A stretch of DNA of 64,000 bases from positions 291,952-355,951 of the forward strand of contig JBNGIO010006150.1 of the NCBI GenBank assembly GCA_049999805.1, in the 5' to 3' direction. Origin of the DNA: Folioceros fuciformis. Its lineage: Eukaryota. Made by a program: the position numbers and the translations under genes. The number at the start of each line of letters is the position of its first letter. Position 1 is the first letter of the stretch. Shown in pieces: positions 48,535 to 62,749 of the stretch. A model generated the notes under the pieces. It saw only the letters and a program-made list of their open reading frames with translations. It did not search any database and had not been told where the DNA came from.

Positions 48535-49344
48535 CAGGGCCTGCGCTATGTTTCACGAAGTTAGAGCCAAGATTGGGCACTTCTGGTTGAGCTGCACAGC
48601 ATGTCACCAGATATCACAGGGTGACCAGTTTCTACGATGGGCCCACGGCTTTGTTGTGTCTGGGCCCTATGGGGCAGGTCGTGCTCCTGGCTCCTTAGAG
48701 GTATCAGGTTGATCCTAATCCAAGTCCAGTGTCGAGAAGAGCTTGGTTTGGTATGATTGCCTCAGTTGGCTCCACCTCTGATGCAGTCAGTATCGTCATC
48801 TTCAACTACAGATGCTGCAATGATGTTACTGGTGGACGCAACTACCTCTGCATACGAATATGAGACGAGTCGTTTTTCTTGGAAGACTGAGCCACCGTCA
48901 CGTAGCCATCATCCATAAGGTGAACCTTCGGGAAGTTCGGAATTGAACTTCGGTGACGGAGGTACTCGTTGTGCTGAAAAGTAAATTTCTTCTTTGTATC
49001 TGAATGCAGACCGAGGGTGATACCTTGATCTAACTATTGTTTTCAGGTGAACAAGAGAGAAACCTTTGTAAATTGAAGTATTTCGAACTCGCTGGAAAAC
49101 GGCCTTAATACGTGTACAATTATTTTTAAAACCACTATAAGTGTTTTAGTCCCGTGTCGAAGCAGGGGAATTATAGGAATACTGGAATTTAGCGTTGCCA
49201 CCCTTTCTGCACAGTGCAGACGCAGTCATAGGGAAGCTAAACGCTGTCGACAATGTTACCTATTCCTCGCCACCCCTGAAATATAGGCGAATAGTCGCAA
49301 GCTAAGTCGAGAGTAAGGGAAGGGACACTCTCCACTACATTTGA

Positions 49345-50313
49345 TCAATATGTGACCCGCACTCCTTGGTATCGCAGTATTTCCCCGATGAGGTCCCCTT
49401 TTCCAGAGCCAACATACCGCCCGCACAGCTTACCCTCCTTGAAGAACAGAAAAGTAGGGACCTCTACCACCTTCATCTTCTTCATAAACTGCACAGTTTC
49501 CGGATTCTCGTCCCCCTGCATCCGCGCAAATACCACCGAACCTTTCATGTTGTTGGCCAGCTTGATGACAGTAGGATAGACCTTAACACAGGGCCCGCAA
49601 TGCTTCAGTCCCACGTCCACCACTCCCAGTTGGTCCGCCTTGGCCGTCTCTGAGAGAAACGCCTCCAGCTCCTGCGCGCCCTTGAGATGCCGCACCGGGA
49701 CATCGGAGTCGCCATAGTAGAGCACATCTCCCGTCAGAATATCAGCGTCTATGCCTTGCTCCTCACGCATCTTCTCCTCATGAATCTTCTCCTGGTTCTT
49801 GTAGAAAACAAAATGCGGCACCTTTTTCACCCCGGCGCGACTGCACAGCGTCCTGGTGTCCTCGCACTCATCTCCCATCACAAGCAGGAACTCCACATCC
49901 TGGCAAGTCCGGCTCAGGCTGACCACAGCCGGGTAGATTTGCTGGCTGGAGGAGCTCCCAGTGGTCGCGTACTCTACCACCACAAGTTTCGTCCCCGCCT
50001 TCTTCAACGCCGCATCGAAATCCTTCACAGTATGGATCCTCCGGACTCTTGCACCCTCCTCCTCCCGCGACGAAGATGACGGCGCCTGCGCAATCCCCTC
50101 TGACTCTTCATACGCTCTGGTCCTCACACTCTCTCGCCGTACGATCTTGCCGCTCCTCCGATCCACAATTTCCCCCCTTACAGGAGCAGTAGCATGAATC
50201 GGAAGGCGCACGAAGGACAAACCAGCGCCACCGCCGCTCAAACTTGAGGACTTGGTCTGCACGTTGCTGAACAGCGACGACACACGCACCAGGGACTGCG
50301 AACAAACCTCCAT
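49345..50313 (-). CDS. CDSP32: Chloroplast two-domain thioredoxin CDSP32
   Basis: Transit-peptide-like N-terminus; DVGLKHCGPCVKVYPTV; GRYVGSGKGDLIGEILRYQGVRVTY. Confidence 0.95.
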   Translation of the reverse strand: MEVCSQSLVRVSSLFSNVQTKSSSLSGGGAGLSFVRLPIHATAPVRGEIVDRRSGKIVRRESVRTRAYEESEGIAQAPSSSSREEEGARVRRIHTVKDFDAALKKAGTKLVVVEYATTGSSSSQQIYPAVVSLSRTCQDVEFLLVMGDECEDTRTLCSRAGVKKVPHFVFYKNQEKIHEEKMREEQGIDADILTGDVLYYGDSDVPVRHLKGAQELEAFLSETAKADQLGVVDVGLKHCGPCVKVYPTVIKLANNMKGSVVFARMQGDENPETVQFMKKMKVVEVPTFLFFKEGKLCGRYVGSGKGDLIGEILRYQGVRVTY

Positions 50314-51396
50314 CTACTCGCGAAAATGTCAGATCCTCGTCTCCGTCTCCAGCCCTGGCTTCCTAATCCTCGAGCCGCGGCCTCTAGAAGCTCATCCTCC
50401 TCTCCCCTTTCGCCTTGGCTGGTGCAGGCTCTGACCTCCTATCCAGTCTCCTCCTGTCCCGCCCTAGCTTCCGATGGCTCAAACCGCGGAGTTGCTCCGC
50501 CAGGGGCAACAGGAAATGCAGTACGAGTTGTTGTATTCCTCACGTACTAGTCTCAACGACGCACTGAAACCGGCAGGAATACTAGAAGAATGCTCCACAC
50601 AGCCAGCCTACGCGACAGTCGATCAAAGCACAAGAGAATGGTTGTTCTCAACGCCACAATCCTCTAACACTGTGAGGCTCTCAGCACACTCCCCTGTAGC
50701 CGTTCCGAGCTCCGGAGTCAGACGCTGTCTAAGATACTTCCATCTGGTAAAAGTGCACCTGGAGAATTCCAGGCCCACAACGTTCCTAGTTGTCTATAGC
50801 GGCAGGGTCCAATGGTGCAACAGACACTTTGCTGGATTCCACCTCCAAGATCGGATTGGACCACGTAGCCATTCCGTACGACATTTCTTGTTCGATACTT
50901 CACGCAAACGTCGCGTGTAAGGTAATGAGAGGTGAGATTTTAGCTAGTCCACGCACAGCACTGGATAAACATTGTGTTCTCGTAACGGAATGGGTACCGG
51001 GCATACGAGCCGAGGACGAGAGAACGGGCACCTCGTCCGTTATTCCGTTATCGGTCGGCCCTAACGCGCTCCGGGTTCGGGCTGTTTCGTAGGGATGTGT
51101 CTGCGCCCATGCACGTTGGGGAGCTGCATTTTGTTGAAGAAGCGAAGCTGGTGACGGAAATTGTGGCACATTGTTGCTGTAAATTCCGTAGTTGTGTCTT
51201 TCTCGAGCTGGGAACATGTTGTTTGCGGTGTGAAGAATTTGTGACGGAGAGCTATGACGCTGATGGTTATGGATCGGGCGCGGGCGGGCATGCTGGGCGT
51301 TCGTTCTGCACTTTGTGCGGATGCTTGCCCTGGGTAGTTGGTCTGAGGTTAGGCGTTGGGAACGTGGTGGGGTTGTTATCTGGATGAGATCCGGAG

Positions 51397-54300
51397 ATGG
51401 CACTCATGGCTGTGTCTATCATCCGACACCGTGCTCAGCATGCAGTGAGAATTTTTGAGGCTGCCTCACATCTGGCATCGAGGAGACTATGGGTGAGGGA
51501 TGTGCGGACGTGGTCCAGCCTGTGGTGCAGATCATGCTCCTCTGCGGCTTTTCAAGACGCGCATGGCAGGGATGACCTAAATCTCACGCAGTACCCTCCT
51601 GCGCTGATCAGAAATTTTTCAATCATAGCGCATGTGGATCATGGCAAGTCCACACTTGCCGATCGGCTGCTGGAGCTCACGGGGACGATTAGGAAGGGGC
51701 TTGGGCAGCCTCAGTATCTCGATAAGCTGCAGGTAGGAAGGTGCTGGAATTTCAGTGATTTCTGGTTGTGGTGACTAGGGGGGCGGGCCTGGGAGCTTAT
51801 GTTGGTTTTTCTGAAGAGTGGGTTGTTGATCGAGTTGCTTGTTTGAAGTAGGTGGAAAGGGAGAGAGGGATAACAGTGAAAGCCCAGACAGCTACCATGT
51901 TCTTCAACCACTCTGCGGCTGATGGTTCTAAGTCTCGATATTTGCTTAACCTTATTGACACCCCGGGGCACGTGGATTTCAGCTATGAGGTTTCCAGATC
52001 TCTGGCAGCGTGTCAGGGGGTCCTGCTTCTAGTGGATGCCTCACAAGGGGTTCAGGCGCAGACGGTGGCTAACTTCTATCTGGCATTTGAGGCCGATCTC
52101 ACCATCATTCCTGTCATAAACAAGATTGATCAGCCCAATGCTGATCCTGGCGGTGTGAAGACCCAGCTTAAGAACATATTTGACATCAATCCCGATGATG
52201 TTCTGTTGACCTCTGCAAAAACAGGAGAAGGTCTTCCGAAAGTTTTGCCTGCTGTCATCGAGCGCATCCCACAGCCTAGTGGCTCAGCAGATGCACCCCT
52301 CAGAATGCTTTTACTGGACTCTTACTATGATGAGTACAAGGGTGTGATCTGCCATGTCGCAGTTGTAGACGGGGTGCTGAGGAAAGGAGAGAAAATTTCA
52401 TCAGCTTCCACTGGGCAGGATTACGAAGCTATGGATGTTGGAATTATGCATCCAGAGCTCAAAGCGACAGGCATTCTTTTGACAGGACAGGTGGGATATC
52501 TTGTCACAGGAATGCGCTCTACACAAGAGGCCCGTATTGGAGACACTTTGCATCGTGTCCGAAGTGTCGTTGTTCCTCTGCCTGGTATGGTTTGCCAGCC
52601 ACTGCTGTTATAGCTTTTGGATGAAGTATGGACTTATCTGATGAACTACTTCTGGCTGTTCTATCATGTAGGATTCAAGCCAGCAAAGCACATGGTATTT
52701 GCAGGAGTCTATCCAGCTGATGGGTCGGACTATGATGCACTTTGTGCAGCCATCGAAAGGCTGACGTGTAATGATGCAAGTGTTTCAGTTACGAAAGAAA
52801 CAAGTGGAGCTCTCGGGATAGGATTCAGGTAGAATTTGTCGTTCACACTGGCCTTGCACCTCAACCTCTTCCTTCAGCATCAGATTTCTCTGTATTCCAA
52901 CCCGCATTGCAATGCCCTTCGGGTTGATGGGTTGCTCACACTTGTCTCTCCTCTGCCTGTCATAGATGTGGGTTCTTAGGATTACTTCACATGGATGTCT
53001 TTCATCAGCGGTTAGAACAAGTAAGGCAATGCAAGCATATCTCCAAGCACATATCTTCCTCATCCATCTCTTTTCAAGCATATGCGTCTGTTTTGGATCA
53101 ACAGGAGCATGGAGCCCGAGTGATAACAACCCATCCAACGGTCCCATACATTTTTGAGTATGATGATGGAAGGTACTCCTTCTTTAGCCTCTGTAGGCCT
53201 TCCGGGAGCAATAGATCTGGCACATTTGAGATCTTACGCCCGATACCCTTTGGCTGTGCAGCAAGATAACTGTGCAAAACCCAGCTAGCTTGTCGTCAGG
53301 TTCTGGGAAACGACTGGTCACATGCTGGGAACCAACAGTGAATGCCACCATCATCACTCCCAGTGAGTAAGCCCCACGGCACACTCGTTTCTGAACCGTT
53401 GGTCGTGTCCTTGTCACTCTGATGCTGCATAAGTTTCAGGAAGTACCTGCTCTAAGCTTGCAGGCTATGCCTATCCAGGTATATTGGAAGTTTAATCACT
53501 CTCTGCTCAGAGAGGAGGGGTGAACAAACCGAACACACCTTCATCGACGGGTACGTTTCTTGTGATCCGTGCTGCCTCCGGCTTGCTCATGATCTTCCAA
53601 AGGAACTGATCTTCTTGCGGCACCACCTCACCCAGACAGCGGGCTATGCTAAAGTATAAACTTCCATTGCGTGAGGTTGTGGTCGACTTCTACAATCAGC
53701 TGAAGGGCATGACTTCAGGCTATGCATCCTTTGACTATGAAGAAGCAGGGTAAGTCCTATCCATAGTCTCAGTTTCTTTCCAGTGGATCTCTTGACTGTT
53801 AATCGTGGAGTCGTGATCGATCATTTGCCTTGGAACAAACCTTGCAGATATCAAGCTGCTGATCTTGTAAAGCTCGATGTCATGCTGAACGGCCAAGTCG
53901 TCGATGCACTCGCTACAATCGTGCATCGGTCAAAATCTCAGCGCATCGGCCGTGAGCTCGTTGAAAAGCTCAAGAAAGTGATTGACAGGTCAGCGAGTCG
54001 TCCACATGTGCTATACTTTCCATGCTGATAAGTTGCAAAATCATCCCGTTCTGCACTCTGTCTTAGTGGTTATCTCTCCCTGTACACTGATGCAGACAAA
54101 TGTTCGAAGTTGCCATCCAAGCAGCCATAGGCTCTAAAGTCATCGCTCGGGAGACGTACGTTTATTTCCTGTATTCCCTTCCCCTCCAACTCTCGTAAAC
54201 AACAACATAATGATTGACCGTCTACGATGTGTTCCCAGGATCTCTGCAATGCGGAAAAACGTGCTGGCCAAGTGCTACGGAGGTGACGTTACCCGCAAGA

Positions 54301-54401
54301 GAAAACTCTTGGAAAAGCAGAAGGAAGGGAAGAAGCGGATGAAACGCGTGGGCTCTGTTGACATCCCGCAGGAGGCTTTTCATTCTCTGTTACAGACATG
54401 A
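51397..54401 (+). CDS. GUF1: Mitochondrial translation factor GUF1 (LepA/EF4), multi-exon
   Basis: [84 protein letters not shown]. Confidence 0.96.
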
Positions 54402-55305
54402 CGATACTGGTACACCATGACCCTCACTGTCCGCGGCTGTCAAACAGTCGTCCGATACACGCAAGTGAGGCATGCGAGACAATTCTGACAGCATCAAGAA
54501 AGACAACAAACCCCCAAGGTGGAGACCTCATCCCACAAACCGGAACCATGTCCAGATCTCGTGGTCGTAACCTCAATCGAGCAGCAAGAGCGCCTTTTCA
54601 CTCGTATGGCGTGCAGACCCGATTCAATTCGCGGCCGGCATTCCTCGTCTCGCTGGTCACTAACCCTCTGGGACTCGAACTCTTTTCGCCATTCTGCGAT
54701 CAGGCGCTTTAACTTCCTGACGAGGGTGATTGTATCTTTTTTTGAATACAGGCCGCAATTTGATTTTATCCCTGACGCGTACGTTCCACTGGTCTGCCTA
54801 GTTTTTAAGTAGTATATACAAGCATTTTTCAATCGTAATATTGTACAAAATCTAGATCATGTGTGAATTGTTTCAATGTTATTTGTTTTACAGTTTAGAT
54901 TGGATTTCCTCAAAATATATAATTTTATGATTTTTAGGTTTTTTTAATTATTTAAATAATTACTCAGCATCGCCCTAAAATATTGCTTGGAAAATATTGT
55001 AAAAGATGAATGTCCTTTTATTATGAATGGCTTAGACACACCATGGTCTAAGATTTTAAGTTCACAATAAGAAAAAAAGTAATTTGTACATCCAAGTGAA
55101 CTAAACTATATTCATTCTTTTCTTGCTATCCATTTTTTACTACTTACTATGAGCAACATGAAATGTAATAGATATGCTAAACTTGTTTTAGGATATAATA
55201 ATAAATATACAATATTTTTAGATTCAAAATTATATTATTTTTGCTGAAAGTAAAAAACATTAACTTTATTGCAACAATGCTACAAAATTATTATACTTGC
55301 AAATC

Positions 55306-56881
55306 TCACTGGGCTATGGTTGCAACACATGAAGAGTCTTGATTGTTCAAAATAAGAGGGTCTTCACAATCAAAACTAAACCCAAAACCTTTAGCAGTTT
55401 GAACATATCTGGTAAGAATGTCTTGTGTTACTGTGGAGTTCCTTGAAAGTATGGACAATGCTTTCCTCACATCTCCATTTGTATTTTCAATGCAAGAATA
55501 TGTCAAGGCTGATTGATATCCTTGGCTAGGTATACCATCCAAAGCCAAAATCCAAAAGGGAGATTGCTTGGACGCATTAGCTTCATTAGGAAAAGTGACG
55601 TTGAGCTTTCCATATGATGTAATATTTTGCATAGCTGATCCAACTTGAGTCACAATAGTGCTTTGGTTACTTTGATCAAGATTGAGTAAGCCTAAGGCAA
55701 CCTCAACACTAGCCAGGCTGACATGAATCTTTGTTGCCTTTGCCAAGATTGCTTGTTCTTGGCTACTAAGTTCCACTATCGCTTTCCACAATTGGCTGAT
55801 CAACTCAAACGGTGGAGGATTGATACCTTTACTTGGAGTTGGAGTTAACAAGGAAGAAGCAACCTGAACAAGTACATGGTGACCACATTGTATGAAGTAC
55901 TGATAAATAGTTCTTCATGTAAAGAAAGTTTTGACAAAGTTATGGTGACCAGTACCTGTACTACGCTAGCCCGAGCAACACCCACTTGGGAAACAAATGA
56001 GGAAATGTTACTTAATATATCACGAATTGCAGAAATAGATGCTTGGATGTTGTTTACAATGGCGACTCTTGAGCTGATGTTGTCACTCGTATGCACAGCT
56101 AATTCTTGAATGATGCTGACATTTTTAGCAAGAACATCTAGAGATGCTTGAATTTGTTGGCCATTGGTAGTTATCTTCGAAGATGCATTGGACAAAGTAG
56201 CTGCTTCTATTGGGTGTACCAAGGCCAATGATGCAGCAAGTGTCCCAAGCTGTAGTATGTTTTTGCATAAAATGTAGATTAAGTTTTGATGAAACATATT
56301 AGGTGCATCAAATGATATTTTTTGAAAGTAGAGCAAACAAGGAAGTAACTTACTTGAGCACTAGTCTGTGTGATTTGTGCAGTTGGACCAAGGAGGTCAC
56401 ATATTTTCCTAGCAGCACTGCAAACTCTCCTTGTTCCACTTCCAATGGATTTCAACCCAAAGGTGGCAACAAGACCTGTCACTTGTACAGCTTTATTCAG
56501 CACTTTAAGTTGAGCGGGCGTCTCTCCAATAATTCCAATGTCAACTAATGTGTAATTGACTTGTTGACAGTTTCGTCCTGCCTCAACTTGGAGTTTGCTT
56601 TGTCCTGTCCTCCCAATTTCATACCATGTCCCAACAAAGAACCGAAGGTCTACTAAATCAAATGTACTGACTGTTGGACAAGATGGATGAGCAACTTCAT
56701 TGCTGCAGAAAGGTTGAGTAAGAAGTTTAGGAATAGAAATCCCAGGTGATGGAAACTGCAGGCTCGGAGGATTTGGAGATGGCTGAGCCCAGATGAACTT
56801 TAGTGGAGATAAAAGAGTTGTGCATAAGAGCAATGAAAGAAGCAGACTCTTAGAGAGCTGAATTGTTGTAGACATTCTCAT
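55306..56881 (-). CDS. Secreted lipocalin-like protein with a long internal insertion; 3 exons (56881-56354, 56249-55956, 55863-55306), about 459 aa
   Basis: Signal peptide; SCR1-like FDLVDLRFFVGTWYEIG; C-terminal FWILALDG..YQSALTYSC..ALSILSR; two GT-AG introns give one open frame. Confidence 0.75.
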
Positions 56882-57169
56882 TAAAGTACTAAGCGCTCTA
56901 AGAAAAGTTGTACCACAATTCTCTACCTTCTATCCACCTTGTTTAGCTGGAGAGAACAGCAGTGGTACCAACCACATTCAAACAAGCGTCACTGCAACTC
57001 GGGGCCATGGAGAGGAGCGTAAAACGTGGTAAGAGACCAGGGTGATACGGAAGAGGAGAGGTTTGGAATTTGATTTACTTCTTAACCCACAGAAGCGGTT
57101 TACGGTTAGACTAGTGGGAGTTGGTCACGGCACCCCGTAAAGTGCAATTCGGACAGAACGGGACGGAGG

Positions 57170-60100
57170 ATGCTTGAGGGGGAAACAGTTAGGTGGGCGG
57201 AGCCACGCAGCTCTGTGTCGCTAACGCTTGCATTCCGTCCGTCTCGGAAGGTGCTCGTGAGAGATTACACTCTTCCACTACTGGATGTGAAAGTATCTGG
57301 AGGAATTTGGCCAATGCACAGAGTTCAGATCCAGTTGTTGGATGATGTCCAGGAATGTAAGGATGCTGAGCCTCTCGGCCTTCGAAGTGTTCCTTCCATG
57401 CGCTTCTGAACATCGGGAGCAAGGAAATTTTCCTTGTCCCCTGCTTTTGGCTGGTTTGCGCTAGATCCAGGAAGCGGTGAAGCCAGTGCTTGTCACGATG
57501 AGTGTCGACGTTCTGCCAGGATTTCTTGATGATTGTTTTCCGGAGATTGTGAGGCAAGGAAGATAGTGCCGGGCTTCGTCTACAGTGCAGCTGTTGACTG
57601 GCGCAAGGTGGCAAGATTTGTGCTTTCATCGTAGTCACTCGGAGTGAAGAGCGGAGAAGTGTACCTTGGCAGGCACAGGATGATACATGACAAGGGACAA
57701 GAATCGCACTACTCGGCCATGAAATGCTCAAGGATGAGCATGGAGAGAAGAAGGCTCCTGAACGCTAAATCCACTGCTTCGAGACACCGGTATGGATGGC
57801 TTACAAATGCTATGTCTTCTGTTGTCCTTTCCTGCCTTTCTGTCGTGTCTTTCCGTTAGACTCAGAACGCAAAGCCTGCAAGCCAAATCGTGGTGTCGAC
57901 AACATATGTAGGAAATGGCAAGAGGTTCGTCTGGAAAGGGAGCAGTCTGAGAAGAGGGAGGCACAGGAGATATTAGAGCTGCGAAGGAAAGAACGAGCAA
58001 GGCTGGCAGAGTACATCCACTCGGCTGTGCAAAATCCCGTGAAAACGTCAGCCAATGTCAATTCAACGGGACAACGCGGTTGCAGCAAGCAGGAGAAAGG
58101 CGTGCATAAGAAACCGAGGTGGAATTCTTCAGTATACAGAGAAGAGAGGGATATTGATGACAGGGTCAGGGTAATCGCTAAAGCAGGGCCTCCAACGAAT
58201 CACCATGCAACTGGCGGAAAAATCACCTTGCATTCGCATACTTTGAGAACTATGAACATAACACACTCAAATCCGTAAGACTACTCTTGCAATGTCTGAA
58301 TTTCGCGAGTCCATCATCGTCTTGTCGTTCGTTTGGTGCTTAAGATTCTGTGCCAACTTAAGTCACCTGCGACATCCTTCACAGGAAGAGGAAGGAGAGC
58401 TTCGAATCTGAAGGGCACCATGCAGCTTCTTCTGTACACGACTACAGCGAGTCCTGGACGGGAAGTGCTCGTGATGCATACGAGCATGACTCGCATCTGG
58501 ATTGTGGTCCCATAGATTACTCAAAGCTAGAGTTAGATGAGGACGGGTACTATGTGAACAGGGATTTTCAGCACATCACTCCTGCAGTAGATGACTCGGA
58601 GATGACTGCGTCATCAATCACGACTGCAAGTAGCCTAAACACCTTCTCAAACACTTTCACATCACCCAAGGTTTTGAACATAGGATTCTCGAAGAAGGCC
58701 TACGCAGAGAAGAACACAAATCAGGATGGTCAATGCTATGAAAAGGATCACGAATTCTTCGAGGCCGAAGCGGCCTCTATTCTCGACTGTTCCCAACAAG
58801 TGTTTGTATCAAGATCAACTTCACCGTCAAATTCAATAGCCAACTCTAGAAATGATATGGCTTGTAGTTGTGCTTCACCTGCAGAAGATCAGAGGTCTTC
58901 AGGTTCAAGGGGAGAAGTAGGTGACGTGCCTGACATATCTGGTACATCACAAGGATTTAATAGGGAAGCAAGTTATCTCCGCGAGGAGATAGTCAAGGCT
59001 AGACTTGCAAATGAAGCTGCTACAGCGAGGCTAATTGCAGAGGTCACTGCCATTCAGTCTCGCCTTGAAGATTGCAACCAGCCAGAAGCCCTAGATTTTG
59101 GGGATGGTGAAGAGATCCACACTGTGGAGACAGATGGTCGGTCACAGCTTACACAGGAAAGTGATAAGAGCCAAAAGCATGAACCACACGTTGTTCTGGA
59201 TGAGTGCACCTGCTCACGCAACGACGACCAAGGGACTATCAAAGTACACAACACGGCCATGACCGTCCAGCTCTCCAACGTCTGCAGAAGTGAAGAACAA
59301 CACAACTCGGCAGTTGCAGCCTTGACTGCTTACTGCGTCTCTCCTTCAGATGAACAAGGCTACAAGAGGGCTCGAGGAGAACAAGGACATATCAATGTAA
59401 GCAATGTTGCAATGCAAAACTGGTTTCCAAATAAACAGCTCCATGCCAACGAGAGCTTCAAAATACATACAGAACGCCATAGCTCCAGAGGAAAAACAAC
59501 TGAGAATGCACATGCATTCTCGTGTAATGAAACGAGAGGTCTGCAATCCGAAGCCTGGGAAATAGGGTGGGAAGAGCAGGGCCCCTTACACCGGAAGCAG
59601 CCACCTTCTATACATTCCATGCCATATGCAGCAGTGGCTCCTGCCAACGCCGTGGTCACAAATGTGCAGAATTCTCAAGCGAGTCAACCATCTCTACCTC
59701 GACTCTTCAATATGAGTCATCAGACGTCCAGGCAGGGGTACGAAGTTGGGCACTTCAGATCACCCCAGCTGCCTCAGCCCCTTAGTACCTGTGAGGTTTC
59801 CAGGGAAACATCTCAGGAGATGCAAACAAAGCTGTCTGTCACACACCACGAGCATGCCAGGGACACATCTCGAGGCCGACAAATGGCGCCCGCAAGAGCA
59901 ACACAACCCTTTACCACGATCAATGAAAGGCCAAGGCATACCTCGGAGGATGAGCAGGGCAAACTTTCCCGAGAAGCTCAACCTCGACAACTGAGCCATT
60001 TGAGGAGCAAGGAATCCTTGCTTCCCAGGGGACATGAACACGAATCTGGTGCCAAAGCCACACCAAGCCCGCCAGGCAGTTCCGCTGGCAATAGACCAGA

Positions 60101-60906
60101 TGAAATCTGGATGCCCAAGCAGACGACCTTGTTTGCAGTTCAGGATCAGAGGCCACCTCCTGCCTTACCACCGAGGGAGTGGTGTGCACCACCACGGATG
60201 GCTACAGGTGATGGCCCAGTTTTGTCTGAAGAAGAGAAGAACATTCTAGCCTCTCTGGAAAAGCTGGACTTGAAGTTGGCGGCAGTTTCTGCTCGCATCT
60301 CAAAATCTGCGTGCAATTCAGTCGTTTCTGACGGAGGACACAACTCTACTAGGTCAGCACCGACTGTAATGGCACCACCTAGCACGTTAGCAGGCAGCAG
60401 CTTGTTGAGCCTCGGTAGCCGTCCAAGAAAGTGCTGTGTCACGAATCCACGGAGCCCTCTGGTGAGCTATCTCGGTTTACTCTCCTCAGCGATGTTGAAC
60501 TTGACATGCCTCCACACCATGACACAGCATCTTTTTCTGTTGAATATGACTACATAGACTCCTCAAGCACTACGACCATTTAAAGGACTTCAGCGTCGTA
60601 TGGTCGGACTGACTAATAACTGCAGGCTGAAACCAGAGGCTCCTCAGATTGACAGGTACGTCTAGGCAGTTATACGCTAAAATGTTGCTATGCTGATATC
60701 CTGCATACACAAGTTGATTCCTGCTTCAACCTCAACACGGTAGTACGAGTAACTAAGCTTAAACCTATTGAATGCAGCGAAAGGAATCTGGCAAGGAGGA
60801 CTCCACAGCTCAACCCCAGGCCTACATTTGAAAGAGAAGGAGGAGGTGACATTTTGCTTCATCAGTTTCCCCATCAATGTTTTGATGACCACTGAAGGGC
60901 CTAACT
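57170..60906 (+). CDS. Uncharacterised multi-exon protein, mostly disordered with coiled-coil segments; boundaries uncertain
   Basis: Long ORF 58554-60557 plus 57796-58278; helical segments LREEIVKARLANEAATARL and EKNILASLEKLDLKL; splice-like sites. Confidence 0.55.
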
Positions 60907-60995
60907 GATGCTGCACGAAGTGTGACTATGCCTCGTGTTCAGAATCGACTCGATTAATTGGATAGCTTTTGTTAGCATCGGGGACCTCAAGAACT

Positions 60996-61835
60996 CTACT
61001 TAGTTGATCCTATAGGGTCCTTCTCCTCAACCTCCGACTCCCCAGCCTTACTCTGGACCGTTCGTAAGGCTTGTCTCAAACCAATTACTATGAACAAATT
61101 TGTGAGAGTCAAGAAAAATTCAGCTCCGCCATGGAGCCAATCAACATTTGACAAGGATGTTCCATAGTGCAGCTTGGCTGCATCACAGATGCACCAAAAA
61201 TTTGTGTGAGAACCCGCTGGCATCAAACACATTCACCGCAATTGCAGGAGGAAAGCGCAGCAGGTAAAGCCACATTTGCGACACAAAAATTTCACTCACC
61301 GTAAATGCCAGCGGGTACTGATGGCACAAGATACATCCACAACACAACAAAATCACACAAAGAGTAAGCGTGTGGCCAGATTCAGGGATCCTGCCCAGGA
61401 AAGAACAGCAAAAATGGCCCACACTTTCAGACAGCACACAAACGTACTCGTGGCTCCCACAAACACAAGGAGAAAGTAGAATCCGAAGAGCGTAAGTTTC
61501 GGTGCAGTCTTGGACCGCGTCATGTGATACAGAAATCCGAGATAGGGAATCAAAGACACAGCGAAGAGCTGCGAGGCGATACTCTGTGAATCAATATTAG
61601 GTGACCATGGATCCACAGGCAAAAATCCCGCAACTACAGCCACATATTGCCTTCTTGGTGCCGTCTTGGTCCCTCTGCCTCCTGGAAGCAGGAGCCACAG
61701 CCTTGTTTTACCGGAGAAAGTGAATGAGCGGGAGGCCGCTATGCCTCTACTGGTAGGGCAGCCACGTCTGCCATGTGAAGGGACTGCCCAGCGGTGTGAT
61801 CCATGGCACGAGCTCAAGGAACAAAGTAGCTCCAT
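60996..61835 (-). CDS. DUF3593-family plastid membrane protein, 3 exons
   Basis: SQLFAVSLIPYLGFL..APKLTLFGFYFLLVFVGAT|IPAGIY|AKLHYGTSLSNVDWLHGGAE..LTLTNLFIVIGLRQAL. Confidence 0.88.
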
Positions 61836-62749
61836 CAAACTATGTGTATGGAGAGACAAGCTTTCCAGCTCCAACAATCACAAAGCAACTTCTCAAAGTG
61901 CCGATAGGAGCCGCCTCGCCTCTGTGCGTGGAAGCACTGACACATCAGGGTCGATTCACACATGCATGCATATAATGTACATAAAGACAGACAAGGGGTA
62001 TTTCTATGATTGAAAAAGAGATGAAAGTCCATCTACTCCAAAGATTGGAAGAACAATTCCATAAAGACAGACATTTCACCGGTGAAGGCAAATACATACT
62101 TCTACGCGCATTTCCATGTAATAAGAACGGTGCAGTAACCTCGACCTCTGCAGCGCGAAGGCCTAACGGTGCTGTCATATGCGTACTCCATGTAGTTTAG
62201 GTCGAACGTTTTGGAAACGAGTTACCTCGCTGCGCGCCGTGTGGTGCCATGCTATTGTAGTGTTCTGTTGGTGATTGAGGACCACCTGCTTGAATCGCAG
62301 AAGCATCCAGGGGTTCGGCAGCTCATCACTTGCATGATGTGGAAGCATACATTTGTGGTGGCCATCTCTATTGCAAGTAGGTGACGAGAGACTTACAGGC
62401 GGGGATATAGGACATGTTTGCTTGAGCCGTAGGAGCATCGTAGAGCTGGTGGGACTGGCTCTTGTCTACCTGGGCGAAAACTGGGTACCGAAGACATGTC
62501 CGCATCTTCTACTTTTCGGTCGTACTATCACGTCAGTGGGTTTCATAATCAGCATCATAACATACTGCTAGATAATTTTCGGTGAGGTGATGGAGCTGGG
62601 AAGGTCCTGCAACCTCTCTGGCTTTATCCAAAAGTCACAGCACGTCCACCGAAGGTGGATGCGGTGTGTCTTTGACTTAATCGCAGAGAGGTTGCAGGAC
62701 TTCTTGTCTCAGACTTCCTGCCAGCCTGCCAGCATTGTGCATGGACGTC

